Shown here: positions 1 through 12,799 of the stretch, one piece after another
How positions within the stretch are numbered: position 1 is the first letter of the stretch
Layout: every line of letters begins with the position of its first letter
Assembly: GCA_028534125.1 (NCBI GenBank)
Contig: CM052832.1
Coordinates: forward strand, 11,348,001 to 11,412,000
Direction of reading: 5' to 3'
DNA: 64,000 nucleotides
DNA from: Lama glama
Lineage: Eukaryota
The notes under the pieces: generated by a model
Databases searched by the model: none
Told to the model about the DNA's origin: nothing
What the model saw: the letters and a program-made list of their open reading frames with translations, nothing else
Made by a program: the position numbers and the translations under genes

Positions 1-1247
1 AATTACATATGAGAGTCAAGATAACCTCTTTACAAAAGAGAAGGCTGAAAAATTACGGTCTTTGCAAAATCTTCTTTTTTAAGGGATTCTAAGTGTCTTT
101 TGTCAATAGGCAAGTGACACCTGCCCACTTGCTAGTGATCCTTTTAAGGGAGAAGTAGTGCTAGATGATGCCAGCTTTTACTTAGTATCATCAGTTCCAA
201 ATGTTCTCAGCAAGTGCAGATACCTGGAGATACTCTGGCAATATTTGGGGATTATGAATTTCCTTTCCTTAGCAATTTTTAAGAAAATCAAGAAGGCAAA
301 ACTCTAGGCAGAAAGGAACACTCCTTAATAACTTTATTGCTCGAATCTTAGGCCTTTGAAGCAAGACTATGAAGAGTTTAGCCAAATTGTGTTCAGTTGT
401 AGAAAGTCCTAACAGGACTCTAAGGAGAGTATTGACAAGCCAACTCTGGAAACAGGGTTAGGATTCACCTGGGAGGAAGTGGTGTTGGCACCAGAATGCC
501 CATTAAGGCAGTTGTAATAGGTGAACACTACTCCAGACCTAAAGCTTTTACTGTAAGGATGCAATGGAAGGAAAAGTTATGTTGTAAAAGAAAAAAGATA
601 AAGAAATACATCTGATGGGCATAAAAGTAATAATGACAAACTAAAACTTTATCATAAGACTTCTTGAGAATTTTTAATTCACTTTGATAAGAAAACTAGA
701 CAAGGGACTAATTCCTGGAGATGCCAGATACCTCAGTTTTCATCACGTTTAAATTGATGAGCTAACCAGTATGAAATGTCATGCAAATTGAAAGTAAGAT
801 GAAATTGAGCAAAAGGGAAAAATTAGAAGGAGAAAAATTAGTGCATTACCTATGTAAGAAACTGAATTATGACATAGAAAAACAATGATATGGCCAAATT
901 TCCTGACGTATAGGGAGAATATCTATTTGCATTTTTAATTCGATAAGAATATGCATTTTAAGATGATTTGGTGATCTGATGATTACAAAGACAGATGGCT
1001 TCAAATCAGGAGCTTATAATATACTTTTCAGCCCCAAAGCTATTTGATAGTACTGTCAAGGGAATACTCCTGTCAAGGAAATGTCAGTGTTTGATGTTAA
1101 TCCAGTACTGTCTGGTGTCTTGTGTATTATTTGATTTTATAAATTCAAAACGTCACACATTCAGCTTTTTAAAAAGAAACCTGTAAGAAAGACTTGAAGT
1201 TCTTTTCATTCTTAAAGTGCCTTGTGTTTTTCTCCCCATTTCTCAAG

Positions 1248-1377
1248 GAAAGTGACAGTGTTGGAAGACCCTGATCAGAATATTCACCTGAAAAACCTGT
1301 CTCTTCACCAGGCCACCACAGAGGAAGAAGCTCTGAATCTGCTTTTCTTAGGAGACACCAACAGGATGATTGCAGAG
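1248..1377 (+). CDS. KIF6: KIF6 coding exon (130 bp, probably human exon 6 equivalent), motor domain
   Basis: Pyrimidine tract then tctcaAG|G; translates KVTVLEDPDQNIHLKNLSLHQATTEEEALNLLFLGDTNRMIAE; donor GAG|GTAAAA. Peptide recognised as KIF6. Confidence 0.96.
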
Positions 1378-3399
1378 GTAAAAAGCTTTTCTGTGAAAGC
1401 TGTTTTTGCATATTATAAGATAAACTAGAGTTTTAGGGGTGCCAATGACCTTAAAAATATTCTTGTCCAAATCTCACGTTGAGATAAGAAAACCTAGATC
1501 CGGAGAATCGAGGAGACTCCCAAGAAATGAGCAGCAACTGAAATCTAGACTGTTTAAATTTTATATTTTTCAATTTTATACAAGTTGGTTTGCAGCTAAC
1601 CAGTGACAACTGGTCAAATATCTTAATTGTAGGAAATTTTGCACAATTTTTGAAATGTGAAAGTACCTAGTTCATTCTTCCTCATCTCCAGTCATTCATA
1701 TATTGCATATGTTTACCTATCCATATATTTTCCTGTATTTAGTGAATTAATATTTATAAAGAATTTAGAATAATGCATGGAACGTAGGAAGTGCTCTATG
1801 TATTTACAGCTATTATTGGCAGGTCTGGGAACAGCGCTATGGTGTGTGGTATATCTCAGCACAATATTTGTGATATACTTATACGAAAAACTATTTGTTG
1901 TTAATCTTACATTCATACCTAACTGGACACCTATATTTTACCTGGGAACCATAGGCAAGAACTAGGATTGACCCAGCTTGGTCATGGGCCCTAACCTCAA
2001 CCAGTTACTGATTGGAGATGGAGGGTCACAAAGGTCTCATCCAGCGACACTGCAGTGAAAGTAATTAAGTGGTTGTGTGTGTGTGTGTTGAGGGGGACAG
2101 TTTCCAAATAAACAGCTTACTATTATCACAGGCACTTTCCTTTTTAAACCAGAGCTCTCCGAGTTCTGTGTTCTGTCTTTTCTCTGATAACAAACATTAG
2201 GTGAGGCTAGTAAGCTGGGAGAATAATTAGTCTGAGAAAGTCTCCATCAGGTGATTTTTTTTCTGCCCCATTTCTACCCCCTGGAATGCACCACCTTAGA
2301 TACAAGATAGATAAATAGAAACCAAAGTCAGACAGTGACAACATGGTGCTGACATCTGTCATTGTGTTGGGCCCTTGGTTTTGCTGTTGTTTTACTAGCT
2401 CTGCATCAGTACTTTTCAATAAACTAACTTAAATAGATTGAGCTTATGTCCCACATATAATATGGCTGTAATGACCCTCAAATTATTATTTTCATTTAAA
2501 GAAAGCAGTACATAGTTTTTAATTTCAGAATATCTTGTTTTGCTTTATAATGCTTTTGCATTGGTGTGTTGCTTCAACATTTTGCCCAGGTGATCATCTG
2601 TGATGCTCTTATTTGTCACAATAATTGAAGATTAAGGAATAAAGGCAGATTAAGAATTAGGGAGTACAATAATGAAAGATTTAACACGCCCCACTAAAAA
2701 TCCTCCTCCTCCATACACAGTTGAATAAACAGCAGACCAAGAGGTACAGAATACAGATGAGCCCTGCCTACTGATGGAATGTGAAAGAGAAAAAGGTCGA
2801 GCCATAAATGATACTGGAATCAGGTGGGGAAACCTGCCCCTGCCTCAGTGCTAACCTCCTTCCCAAGGTGACTCATCCCCAGAGAAAGCTAAGCCTCATC
2901 CTCACAATTACATTCCCTCATCCTGAATGGTTGTGGAGGGCTCCTGGCCCTAGTTCACCATGACCTCTATTAGCTGAAAAGCTTGACCATTGCTGTCTCA
3001 AAGTTATGCCTTAACCTTAGCTGAATCCTTTCAGACTATCATTTTGTAAAGTTTTGAGGACTTTAAACTTCCTCTCTCCAAACTTACCTGTCATGTTCTA
3101 CCACCTTACAAAATTCCAGCAGTCTTTTCCTATTATTTACTGATGAGTGTCTAACAATAGTGTCACAAATAGCTGAAACCTGAAGAAGTCCAATTCTAAT
3201 AATGCTGGTTGTGAATTACTTTAAAAATGCATTCATTTTTTCCTACATGAAGCCTGATTTCTTTTAAACCACATCTAATAGGTTTTGGATGTTTCTGTGC
3301 CTGCTTTTATTTTTTCTTTGGTAATAATAGCTACCATGTCATCTCAAGAACCTGCTCAACAGATTTGGCAGTGTTGAAGACACTTTGTATATGCATATT

Positions 3400-3545
3400 T
3401 TATTTCTGATTCTTATTTATAGATGGTAACTAAGGCTCAAAGAGGTTGACTGCTTGCCCAGGGTCACACAGCTATCAGGTGGCAAAGCCAGGTTTCAGCT
3501 CTAAGTCTGACAGTTTCCAAAGCTTGTGTTCTTTCCTTACACCAC
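3400..3545 (-). mobile_element. MIR SINE fragment
   Basis: agatggtaactaaggctcaaagaggttgactgcttgcccagggtcacacagcta is the reverse complement of the MIR core. Confidence 0.8.
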
Positions 3546-3898
3546 ATTTCACAAGTACAATAATCAAACTGACATAAGTCATATTTTTCAAGTGAGGATA
3601 CATTCCTGAATTATTTAAAAAGTATAGCAAATATAGCAAGTATGTAGCACTTCGGTTTATCTCTTGAATTCACTGAAAGCAAATACATAAAGATATAAAT
3701 GAAGAATAACTGTCTATCCCTAGAAATCCTTTATTATTTAGAGTCTCCATAAAAGGCATGTTTGGGATTACAACGGAGCTGTCAGAATGTAATTTGTCAG
3801 CACGGAATGAGCTTACCAGGATAAAAAGAACACACTAATCATTTTTTTTAAAAAAAGATGAGGTTCCCAGTTTCCCATTTGCACAGAGAAATCCAGGA

Positions 3899-3912
3899 GT
3901 TGCCATGGTAAC
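3899..3912. promoter_or_regulatory. Candidate RFX X-box
   Basis: GTTGCCATGGTAAC is 13/14 identical to the palindrome GTTGCCATGGCAAC and fits GTNRCC-N-RGYAAC. Binding is inferred only. Confidence 0.6.
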
Positions 3913-4382
3913 CAGAAAACATTTGCAAAACAAAGTATGAATATGTGGGACCCAAAGTGGAGTGCTCTTCCCTTTCATGTTCTCTACCCATAGCCAGCAT
4001 CTTAAGGAAAAGTTATTAAGAGTAGCTTCATCTTATTTTTAGAACTCACTCTTAAATAATTTCTGTAATCCTACTGATGTTTTGGATAAAACCTGATTAT
4101 GTCCTTGAAGTAAGTTTTTTCAAAAGTTGATTTGCTGTGCCAAAGAGAATAAATATAAAAGCTGAACCGTGTGTTATCCAATGTTGAAGTAGCAAGTCTG
4201 ACTTGGTACCTTTTTTGTCTTATCATTGAAACGTTGCTCTCAATTAATCAAATCTAATTGAACAAGACTTCCTGCATTTGATTGTCAGGCTCTGCACAGT
4301 CCCCTTGCTGCAACCATTTGCTCAGCACTGCCCATGCTCTAGAGCACTCTGTCCCCAAGTATGGCCCAAAGAGGACTTGTTT

Positions 4383-4558
4383 TAGAATACCCTGTGGGAG
4401 TCAAAAGGCACAGTTTCTTGGATCTCATATCTGATGGATGGATTCAGAGTCTCTGCAGTGGAGCCCAGGAAGATACATGTTAACACTTTAAATGTACTCA
4501 GGCTAAATCTGAGGGCACTTTGGGTTTTACCATTAAGAAGCTGGTTGAAACCCACTCC
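4383..4558. mobile_element. MER5-like hAT-Charlie DNA transposon remnant
   Basis: gattcagagtctctgcagtggagcccaggaa...ggttgaaacccact resembles the MER5 body and end; diverged. Confidence 0.45.
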
Positions 4559-4789
4559 ATATTCTGCACACCCATCAACACCACAGGATTTGAAAGTTCT
4601 GCCAATTTGGTAGGCAAAAAACCTTTGTTTTGACATGCATTTTTGATTACCAAATTCATTTATATCTTTATTTGCCATTTGCATTTCTATTTTTGTTCAT
4701 GTGTTCTATTTGTTATTCTCTTGGAGTATTAGGGTAGGTCTGGTTGATTTGTTGATTCCACAAGGGCTTGGACTTGGTCTTGTTCACAT

Positions 4790-4860
4790 CCACCACACCT
4801 AGAAACAAAGCCTCATATATAGTAGGAGCCAGTAAATGATTGTTGGATGAATGAATGAAC
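4790..4860 (+). mobile_element. L2 3' end inside an old minus-strand L1ME-like remnant (about 4570-4990)
   Basis: cctagaaacaaagcctcatatatagtaggagccagtaaatgattgttggatgaatgaatgaa matches the L2 tail. Confidence 0.65.
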
Positions 4861-5396
4861 ATTAAAGATAATAACTTTTTGCCTTTGCCAAATATTTAGC
4901 AAATATTTTTCCTCATTTTATACATTTTCTTTTAGTTCTCTTTTTTTTGAATAGTCAGTTTTCTTATTTTATGGTTTCTGCTTTGGACTCTGAGTTTAGA
5001 AATGCAGCAGCTCACTGATGAATAATTCTACTTATTAGAAAATGTTTTGTTGTTTTGAATTGAAATTTGATGCCCAGTCAGATCCACCCCATTGTTCCCA
5101 TTTTGGCCTGCGACATGGAAAGAGACAGTCATCAGCAGGTTGGAGTGGATTTTATCGGAGGTTTCTGGAGCATGTGGATTTTACCTGAATTTTGTCAAAA
5201 GCTATCCTGAATTAACAAAGTCAGGTCCTCCCACTAGGAGCAGCCTCCACTGATAAAAGTCCCATTTAAATATTCATTTTAGGGAGTTATAATGTTGCTC
5301 AAAGTGAATCATTAGACTAACGTGGACTTCTTTTACAAGCTAGCTTGGAGAAGAGAATATGTGGGGTCCATCCTGCCAAAACTTCACAGTAGTGTC

Positions 5397-5810
5397 TGTT
5401 GTGGGTTAAATTGTCTTGCCCTGCCAATTCATATGTTGAAGTTCTAACCCCCAGTACCTCAGAATGTGATCTTATTGAGAGATAGGTTCTTTACAGAGGT
5501 AATCATGTTAAAATGAGGTCATTAGGGCAGGACCTAATCTAATATGACTGGTGACCCTATAAAATGGGGAAATTTGGAGACAGACACATATAGAGGGATT
5601 ATGCTATATGAACATGAAAACAATCATCTGTCAGCCAAGGAGAGAGACCTGGAACGAATTCTTCCCTCAAAACCCTCAAAAGAATAACCAGCCCTGCCAG
5701 CACCTCCATATGGGACATCAAGCCCTCAGAACCATGAGACAATATATTTCTATTGTTTAAGACACTGAGTTTGTTGTACTTTGTTACATCGACCCTAGAA
5801 AACGCATATA
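5397..5810 (+). mobile_element. MaLR solo LTR (MLT1B-like) with 5-bp target-site duplication
   Basis: aattcatatgttgaagttctaacccccagtacctcagaatgtga is typical of MLT1. Ends TG...TA (CA decayed), flanked by GTGTC at 5392-5396 and 5811-5815. Confidence 0.92.
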
Positions 5811-7859
5811 GTGTCCAAATAACCTTGGCTATAATTTCGTATTTGATTGGTACCTGGTGTTGCTCTTGACCTTGGTGAATTCAGGAGGAATAATATGCTA
5901 TACGTAGTATAACATTTCGGAAAGCCCTACAATTCTCAGCTAGCTACTATTTAAAGACAAGACTGTCATCCTGTTCAACTCTATTCTCTCAGCACCTGGC
6001 AACTACATAGTTGGTCAGTCGTTAATAGTTTTGTTGAACTGATGTGGAGAAAACCTGGCGATTTCAGGAGAAAAGACCTGTAGTCTCAGGCCCAGAATCG
6101 AGGGTGGTTTCATTGTACACTGTGCCTCTTGGTGAGCACAGAGTACACCACAGATGACTCTGACATTTTTAAGTTTAATTTGTATGCTTCAGGGCTTTTG
6201 GAGGCGGTTACTTTCTAAATAACCAGCCTACCAACAATGTCTATGGGATTTAGAAATCATTTTTCCAGGAGCTAGTAGAAGTCTCTCTGCCTAATTCTTT
6301 GCTTGAAATAAAAAAACATACTACATTTACCTAAGTTGTGCTAATGTGTTTTGTAAGCTCTCAGACTTTGCACATTATCAAACTTTTGGAGTTTTGTAAC
6401 CTGATGGAAGTGCAGAGACAGTTGGGAGACAGGCTGTGAGTGGAGTTAATAGGTTTGTGCAGTTACTGGACCAGCTGTCATTGGACACATTGTCTGATAA
6501 CATGAGGACAGCACAGGAAGGGAAGAGCAGCTTTACTGTGTGCTTGTGTTTGTTAACAGCTCTCTAAGCCTCGATCTCCTTGTGTGGGGTGTGTATGTGA
6601 AACAAGAGGATTTGGGATGCAGTTAGTGTTCCAGCATCATATTCCACTAGACCACAGAGAAACACTGAATAACACATCCTCACAGATTTTTGTTTGAAAG
6701 TTATGTTTGTTGTATATAGTTAGCAAATATATTCCAAGATTTGTGAGCCTAGGAAGAGCAAAATACTTAACATGCAAAATACATTTGGCCCTGCTCTTAT
6801 TACAATAAGAATTGCATTCTTTTATTATTAGATCCCAATAGAACCTAGAAGCCTTAGCAAAAGATGTGTTGACAATCCTGACTTCTTCTCTTATATACTG
6901 TATATATATTACAAGCTATAGAAAGAAGGAAACTTGAATTCTGAGCACTTAATGTATCTCAGGCATTTCTCTTTCTTATATTTTATATATGAGAAATATA
7001 CAGTGTTTTCTAACTAGCAATTATGTCTTATAACATAGTTTTCATTCTGCTCTCATCTAACCTGATTAGTGGTATTGCATGAACAATGAGTTTTGAGTCT
7101 AAAATGTTTAATAAAATAAATGAAGTGGTACAGTGTAGCCATTATTAGAATATTAAAATGTATTTACTCCATATACATAATTAGAGAAACCATCTTTTTG
7201 GCTGTAAAAATTTAGCTCCAGAGTTTCTTCTGGTCTTTTAAGATTCTGATTTCTGATTAAATAGCAGAAAAAAGTAATTTTTATTCTGCTCCCTATTATT
7301 GAAATTCACCACCACCGAAAACAAAAAATGAAAAATAGAGGGAGAAAAGCCATCTTCAGTGAAATAAGGAAATAGCCATAACCTCAAACCATGAGGAAAT
7401 CTGCCAAATACTATGAAATTTGAATTATGGTGAGGGAGGGTGCTGAGAGCCAACACATATATCCTTCAACCTCAGGCAGGATATGGTTTCCCCTTAAAGA
7501 AAGGGTCATGATTCTTAAATGCAAATCCAATGATCTTTTAGTTAGAGTGATGAGATCTAAGAACATAAGCAAGTATGGTAGGGGAATATTATTTAGATAT
7601 TCATTCTATACTATAAAGGTGAATCCAAAGCCGTTTTTATGGTCAGTGGTCTAAGCTCATTGCCAAGAAAGATGGCCCTTGTTGAGTGGGATTCAGGGAC
7701 TTTGCAACTTAAAGGATTTTGCCATTCCAGACCTTTTCATGCAAAAAGCTAAGGAAATTGTGTGCTCTTAAGGGTAAGAACAAAACATGTGTAGAGTATA
7801 TGTACTCAGGACACAAACTAAATTTGAGTATTCCCTTACCCATCCCCCAGACTACTCTC

Positions 7860-8960
7860 TAAGAAAAAAAGATGGACATGCTCGAAGTAAAATTATCAGA
7901 AGGAAAAGCACAAAAGACCTTTCCATATATATGAAATAGGAATATGGGGCTAAGGAACATACATTTGAAGGCTGCTTACATCAGGGAGCAGGGCCGTATA
8001 CTGCATAATCTTAAATACGTTACCTAAATGCAATCTTTGTTTTTAAAAATAGCTAAAAAGTATAGAAGGGTACAAAGAAAAGATGGCAAGATGAGAATAA
8101 AATAAAAGCACACTTGAAAAACTCAGAAAAGAAAGAGAAAAAAGGAAGTCATTATAGAGATGAAAGTGCCATTAGAAGCAAAAAAGAAGGAAGAAAAGAT
8201 GGAGAAGAAGGAAGACAAGGAAAAAGAAGATGCTGAGGAAATGTGGCTGAAAAATAACCAGCAATATAAAAATAATAAGAGAAAATAATACCTAGAAAGA
8301 TAGACAAAGGAGAAACCAATTGTGAATAATTAGAAATCCTGAGGGGGAAAAAAAAAGTGAAGGCAACAGGAAAAAGCATGGAGCAATAGAGAGAGAAAGA
8401 GAGTGTTTCCTGGAATTTGGAATTACTTGAATCTGCAAATGAAAAAGACATGCTGTGTCCAAGAAAAAAAATGGAAAGAGCTCAACTCCAAGATAAAATC
8501 TGTTGAAGTTACTAATTTCCAAAGCTAAATAAGGAGCCTTAAGGAAATCCAGTCAGAAAAATGCAAGCCAACTATGAGTGAAAATTTTAAAAGGTTGTTC
8601 TTGGACTTTTCCACAGCAACATTCAGTGCCAGAAGACAGTGGAACAAGTTCTGAAGCAAGGATATTGTGTCCCAATAATTTTATACCCAGCCAAATTGTC
8701 AAGTTGTCCTTAAAAAAACAAAAACATCTGACACATATTTTTAATCATGTGTGAATTCAGAAAGAAGCTGAACCCAGGGATCCTTTTAAAAAATTCCTTG
8801 ACAATGAAGACTAAACAACTAAGAGATAAACAAAATAGAGAACTTGGGAACCCAGAGGCACTACAAATGGACTAGTGAGAAATGTTGAATTTATTTAAAT
8901 GGACCCATAAAACTAAGCAACTATGTAAAGTAAATATTATATACTTTAAAAATTTTAAAT
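7860..8960 (+). mobile_element. Old L1 ORF1-like / HAL1-like remnant
   Basis: A/G-rich block with gacttttccacagcaacattcagtgccagaagacagtgg and aattttatacccagccaaattgtc, both typical of the L1/HAL1 ORF1 3' half. Confidence 0.6.
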
Positions 8961-9064
8961 TCATAATAGATGTAACAAAAATTGGGAGTTAGAAAGTAGA
9001 GGAGAAAGTGGTGTTACAAGTGAGCTAATTTCCTTATATTTCGAAGTCGGAAATGAATAGAAGT

Positions 9065-9190
9065 GGGGAGGGTATAGCTCAGTGGTAGTGTGCATGCCTA
9101 GCATGCACAATGTCCTGGGTTTAATCCCCAGTACCTCTATTAAAAAACAAACAAACAAACAAACAAACAAACAAACAAACAAATAAGCCT
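9065..9190 (+). mobile_element. tRNA-derived SINE of camelid (Vic-1-like) type with (AAAC)n tail
   Basis: GGGGAGGGTATAGCTCAGTGGTAG head, A box 9075-9085, B-box-like GTTTAATCC 9119-9127, GTGCATGC-CTA-GCATGCAC stem, A-rich tail. Confidence 0.85.
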
Positions 9191-12100
9191 TCATAGCCAT
9201 AGAGAGAACTGTGGAATCTTCAAAACGTGGAGAAAATATCATAGGACTATAAAATGGAGTAAAGTAATATACACAATATTAGACATCTGTGCTTCTAGAA
9301 GTCTTCCTCCAGCATCTCTACCATGAGTGACATTGTCCTCGAGTCTGTGTCTGCTACAGATCTTGATGTCTGAACCCAAACATTGCACTAAGAGCTCTCA
9401 CAATCAACTTGACAGGATATTCTTTCACAAGAATGAAATTATTCACATGTGTATCTGAGCTCTTCTTGGTGTGTAATTACCACCTGTTCCTAGTTGTCTA
9501 TACACAGGATAGTGTAGGGTATTTTCAGCTTACTTGTAATCTCACACTATATAGTATGTATAAAAAAAGATTTTTCTCTAAAGACAGTTTAAATGAACTG
9601 TTGTAAATTCTTGAGAAGATGATTAGACTTTTTCCCATAATAGTATTTTTTTCCAGTTATGTGTATGGTCATACTAGGAAATTGTTAAGCCAGACTGAAT
9701 TTTAAAGGGAGGAGAAGAGATTCTTTTAAAAAGTTAAACTCAATTTAAAAGATTAAAAAATGGATATGCTGGACAACAAGGATGCTGTTGAGGACCAAAT
9801 TTAGCTATGATTCTTCTTGCAGTCAAGTAACAAAAAAGGTGGGAGAACATTTAGGATTATATATTTTCCATTGTTCAGAGAGCAAACCTTTACCCTGGTG
9901 TTCATATGATCATGCCCAGTTCAAGGATATTAAACAGGGATGATAACTGAACATAACTCTGATTGAAGATACAGTTAAAATTCTTTCTCAGTTTACCATA
10001 TGTGCTGATTTTAGCATTGTTGGATTTTTATATAAATGTGTTTGATTTTGATTTGCCAAATTTTGGAGAAATGACCCATAGGGGAAGCAATCTTCTAAAG
10101 CCTGACATCTAACAGAAGAGGCATCACTAATTCTGACATTCAATTTTCCTAAAATTACGAAGACAGCTAATAGATCTTTGAAGACATGAAAGTCAAAAAT
10201 CCATCAAATTGATTCCAGACTTGTTAGAAGGGATATATGATAAAACATGTTAGGGTATTCTTATCAGAAAGGTAAATGACAATTCCCAAGACATTCCTAT
10301 CGTATGTTTCAGATTGCTCCAAAACTTACTTCTAAATTTTAAACAAAATTGGTGTGTCTAGTCTATTTTTCTCTTTTCCGAAGCTACTTTGATAATCAGC
10401 TGGACCTAGAAGTCCTGCAACTAGGAAAAATGATTTTGATTAATTTCTAAAAGCCAGGTATCTTATCAAAAGAACAGAAAGGAAATGAGCAGTTTAGGAT
10501 CATTAATTCCAACAGAAGTTTATCTAATTGGGGATATTTTGCTGCTGAGCAGTATGTTCTCAGACAACTTCAGAAAAGGTCAAGGCAGGTGTTTACAGGG
10601 TCACGTGTGAAGCCAGTAGGTTTGGTCAGGCCTGACTCTTCCAGGCTGAGTTAGAGTACGTGACGTGTATGGTGGGCCTCCTGACCCAGCACATTTACTG
10701 TGGGAGGAATCAGATGAGGAATTATTTAACCAGTCAGGGGAGGGTTAGATAATCCTTGGTCAAGGGTGGGTTTTAACCTGAAAAGCTCTGCTATCAGTCT
10801 AGGAAACACATGGATGTATTTTCGATTGTCTTCAATTCAGATAGAGCAAACGAGTAATGGAACAGATCTCTTAAGATATCTGGTTAGAAAGTGCTATCAG
10901 GTGAGGAATGAAAGCTGGATTCTGGTTTCTGTGGCTACTGTTGTTCTTGGTTGTTTGCTTTAAAGAGTATGAAGCATATACATTATATACTCCTGCTCAA
11001 CCTAAGAGAGATTTTCTTCACCTGATCTATTCCAAATTAGTGGCAATTCTTATTGAGATGCTTCACTCCAAAATAGAAGAGTGATTGGGGGAAAAAGAAA
11101 AGGTTTTGGTGCATAAGAATGAAGTGTAAGTTATAAGATACAACAAGAAGAAGCAAGTATTCAAAGGATCCGAGGGACTCTTATATGTAATATAAAGAAA
11201 TTACTTGAATCATTGAAGACTGTATTTGCTAACTATAATCGTTTTTGAAGTGATTTAAAACATGAGCGTAACTAAAAGTAGGAAAATTGTTACAAAAACA
11301 ATATACTGTAGTATGTAAACAAAAAATCGTATTTCACATATTAATTTTGGCCCCTAAAATCAAAATTTTCAATCTTGAAAATGGCCACACACACACACAC
11401 AAAGTATTATGAAATAATGATAAGTGAAAGTTTGTGTTGCTCTACCAGTGAGAATGCACGTAAGAAAATCGTATAGCACCAGGATTAGTAGTTATACATC
11501 TGCAGATTCCAGAAGGGAAGATGAATTAAGAGCTTTTGAAAATGCTTATCAGTGTTACCCAGTTCTTGTTGCTGTACCATTTCTTTTCAGATTTCTCTTT
11601 TAGCATAGGAGTATTTCCTGCTCTGTAGAAAATGATTCTTGTTCAATGAAATTTGAGGTTTTCTACCATATGAAATAGCTTCTTAGTGTGGTAGCCCAAC
11701 CAGTGCTAGAAAGTGGTTTAGAGGGCTGTAGACGGAGCTTTAGCCTTCAGTACAGACGTGTGGTGTTTTCTTGAGTTAATGCTATATTTTGTAAAGCTGC
11801 AAAAGCAGCTTCAAGTACCACTCCACAAGTACATTGCTACTCCAAGCCCCTTTGAGATAGACAGTTTGAAGCCACCATTGTCTGACAAGGTCATTTTTGA
11901 ATCACCTTTTATAATCTGCACCACACTTAACACTGCATGAAATGGGCTGACCACCAAACACTCAACTGTAGCCTGGTGGATCACACCGTCATCTCTTCAT
12001 TACCCTCTGGAGCAAAGTGTCCATTACAGTATCATAATTTTTTAAATGATGGACATTTAAAAATCCATTTGGAACAATGGATTTTTCCAGAGTTTGGATA

Positions 12101-12539
12101 TTAATCATCTTTGACTATATATACAAATGTTTAAATGGACTTTCTGAACACAATGGCTAATGTCATTTGGGAATAGTTCAAGGGAATTCATGAAGATAAA
12201 TGAATTTGGAGTAGGCTTATTTGGGGGGAGGAGAAGGGCATACTTCTTCCAGTAAGACATACTTGACTATCAAGAGGACATTTTAGGCAAGAGAAAATGC
12301 AGTTGAAGATGTATAGGGTAGTAGTCAGTGAGAGCTCTGGAATCCGACGCAAGGAATAACTGAAGCCCAAGATAAGTGGAGAGATTTGAGTCAATCTTGC
12401 TGTTACAAGTAATTCTTAGACTCAAATTATATTTCATGGATTTAAAGAGTTTGCAGATTTAGTCTCTGAATTATTTGGAGATTTTTAGAAAGTATGAAGC
12501 ATGCCATATAGATCCCAGAAAATTAGAAATGAGCAAGAG

Positions 12540-12720
12540 TCAACAATTTAACAAACATTTTTGAACACTATTACGTTATGCTAGGGTTACAATGATGTAT
12601 AAGACGCAGTCCCTGTCCCTCGGGAGCTCAGAATCTAGGTGGGAGGAAGTGGGAAGTGGAGAGCCTTTGTAGAGGAGGTAAACTTCTGTGAGATGTAAGC
12701 TTTCGCTATGCTGCAGATGA
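12540..12720 (-). mobile_element. L2 3' fragment
   Basis: caatttaacaaacatttttgaacacta...cagtccctgtccctcgggagctcagaatctag. Confidence 0.7.
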
Positions 12721-12799
12721 GAAAGAGAAAAAACTACCGATACAATGAATCTGTAAGGGACCCGGTGAGCCTGCATTTTAGACTTTTACTCTATAAAAA

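Noticed and set aside
600..800. Possible CR1/L3 fragment
   Set aside because: The resemblance is too faint to support without an HMM search.
9065..9137. A tRNA gene
   Set aside because: It has a mutated B box and an A-rich microsatellite tail and matches a SINE head, so it is a retroposed SINE.
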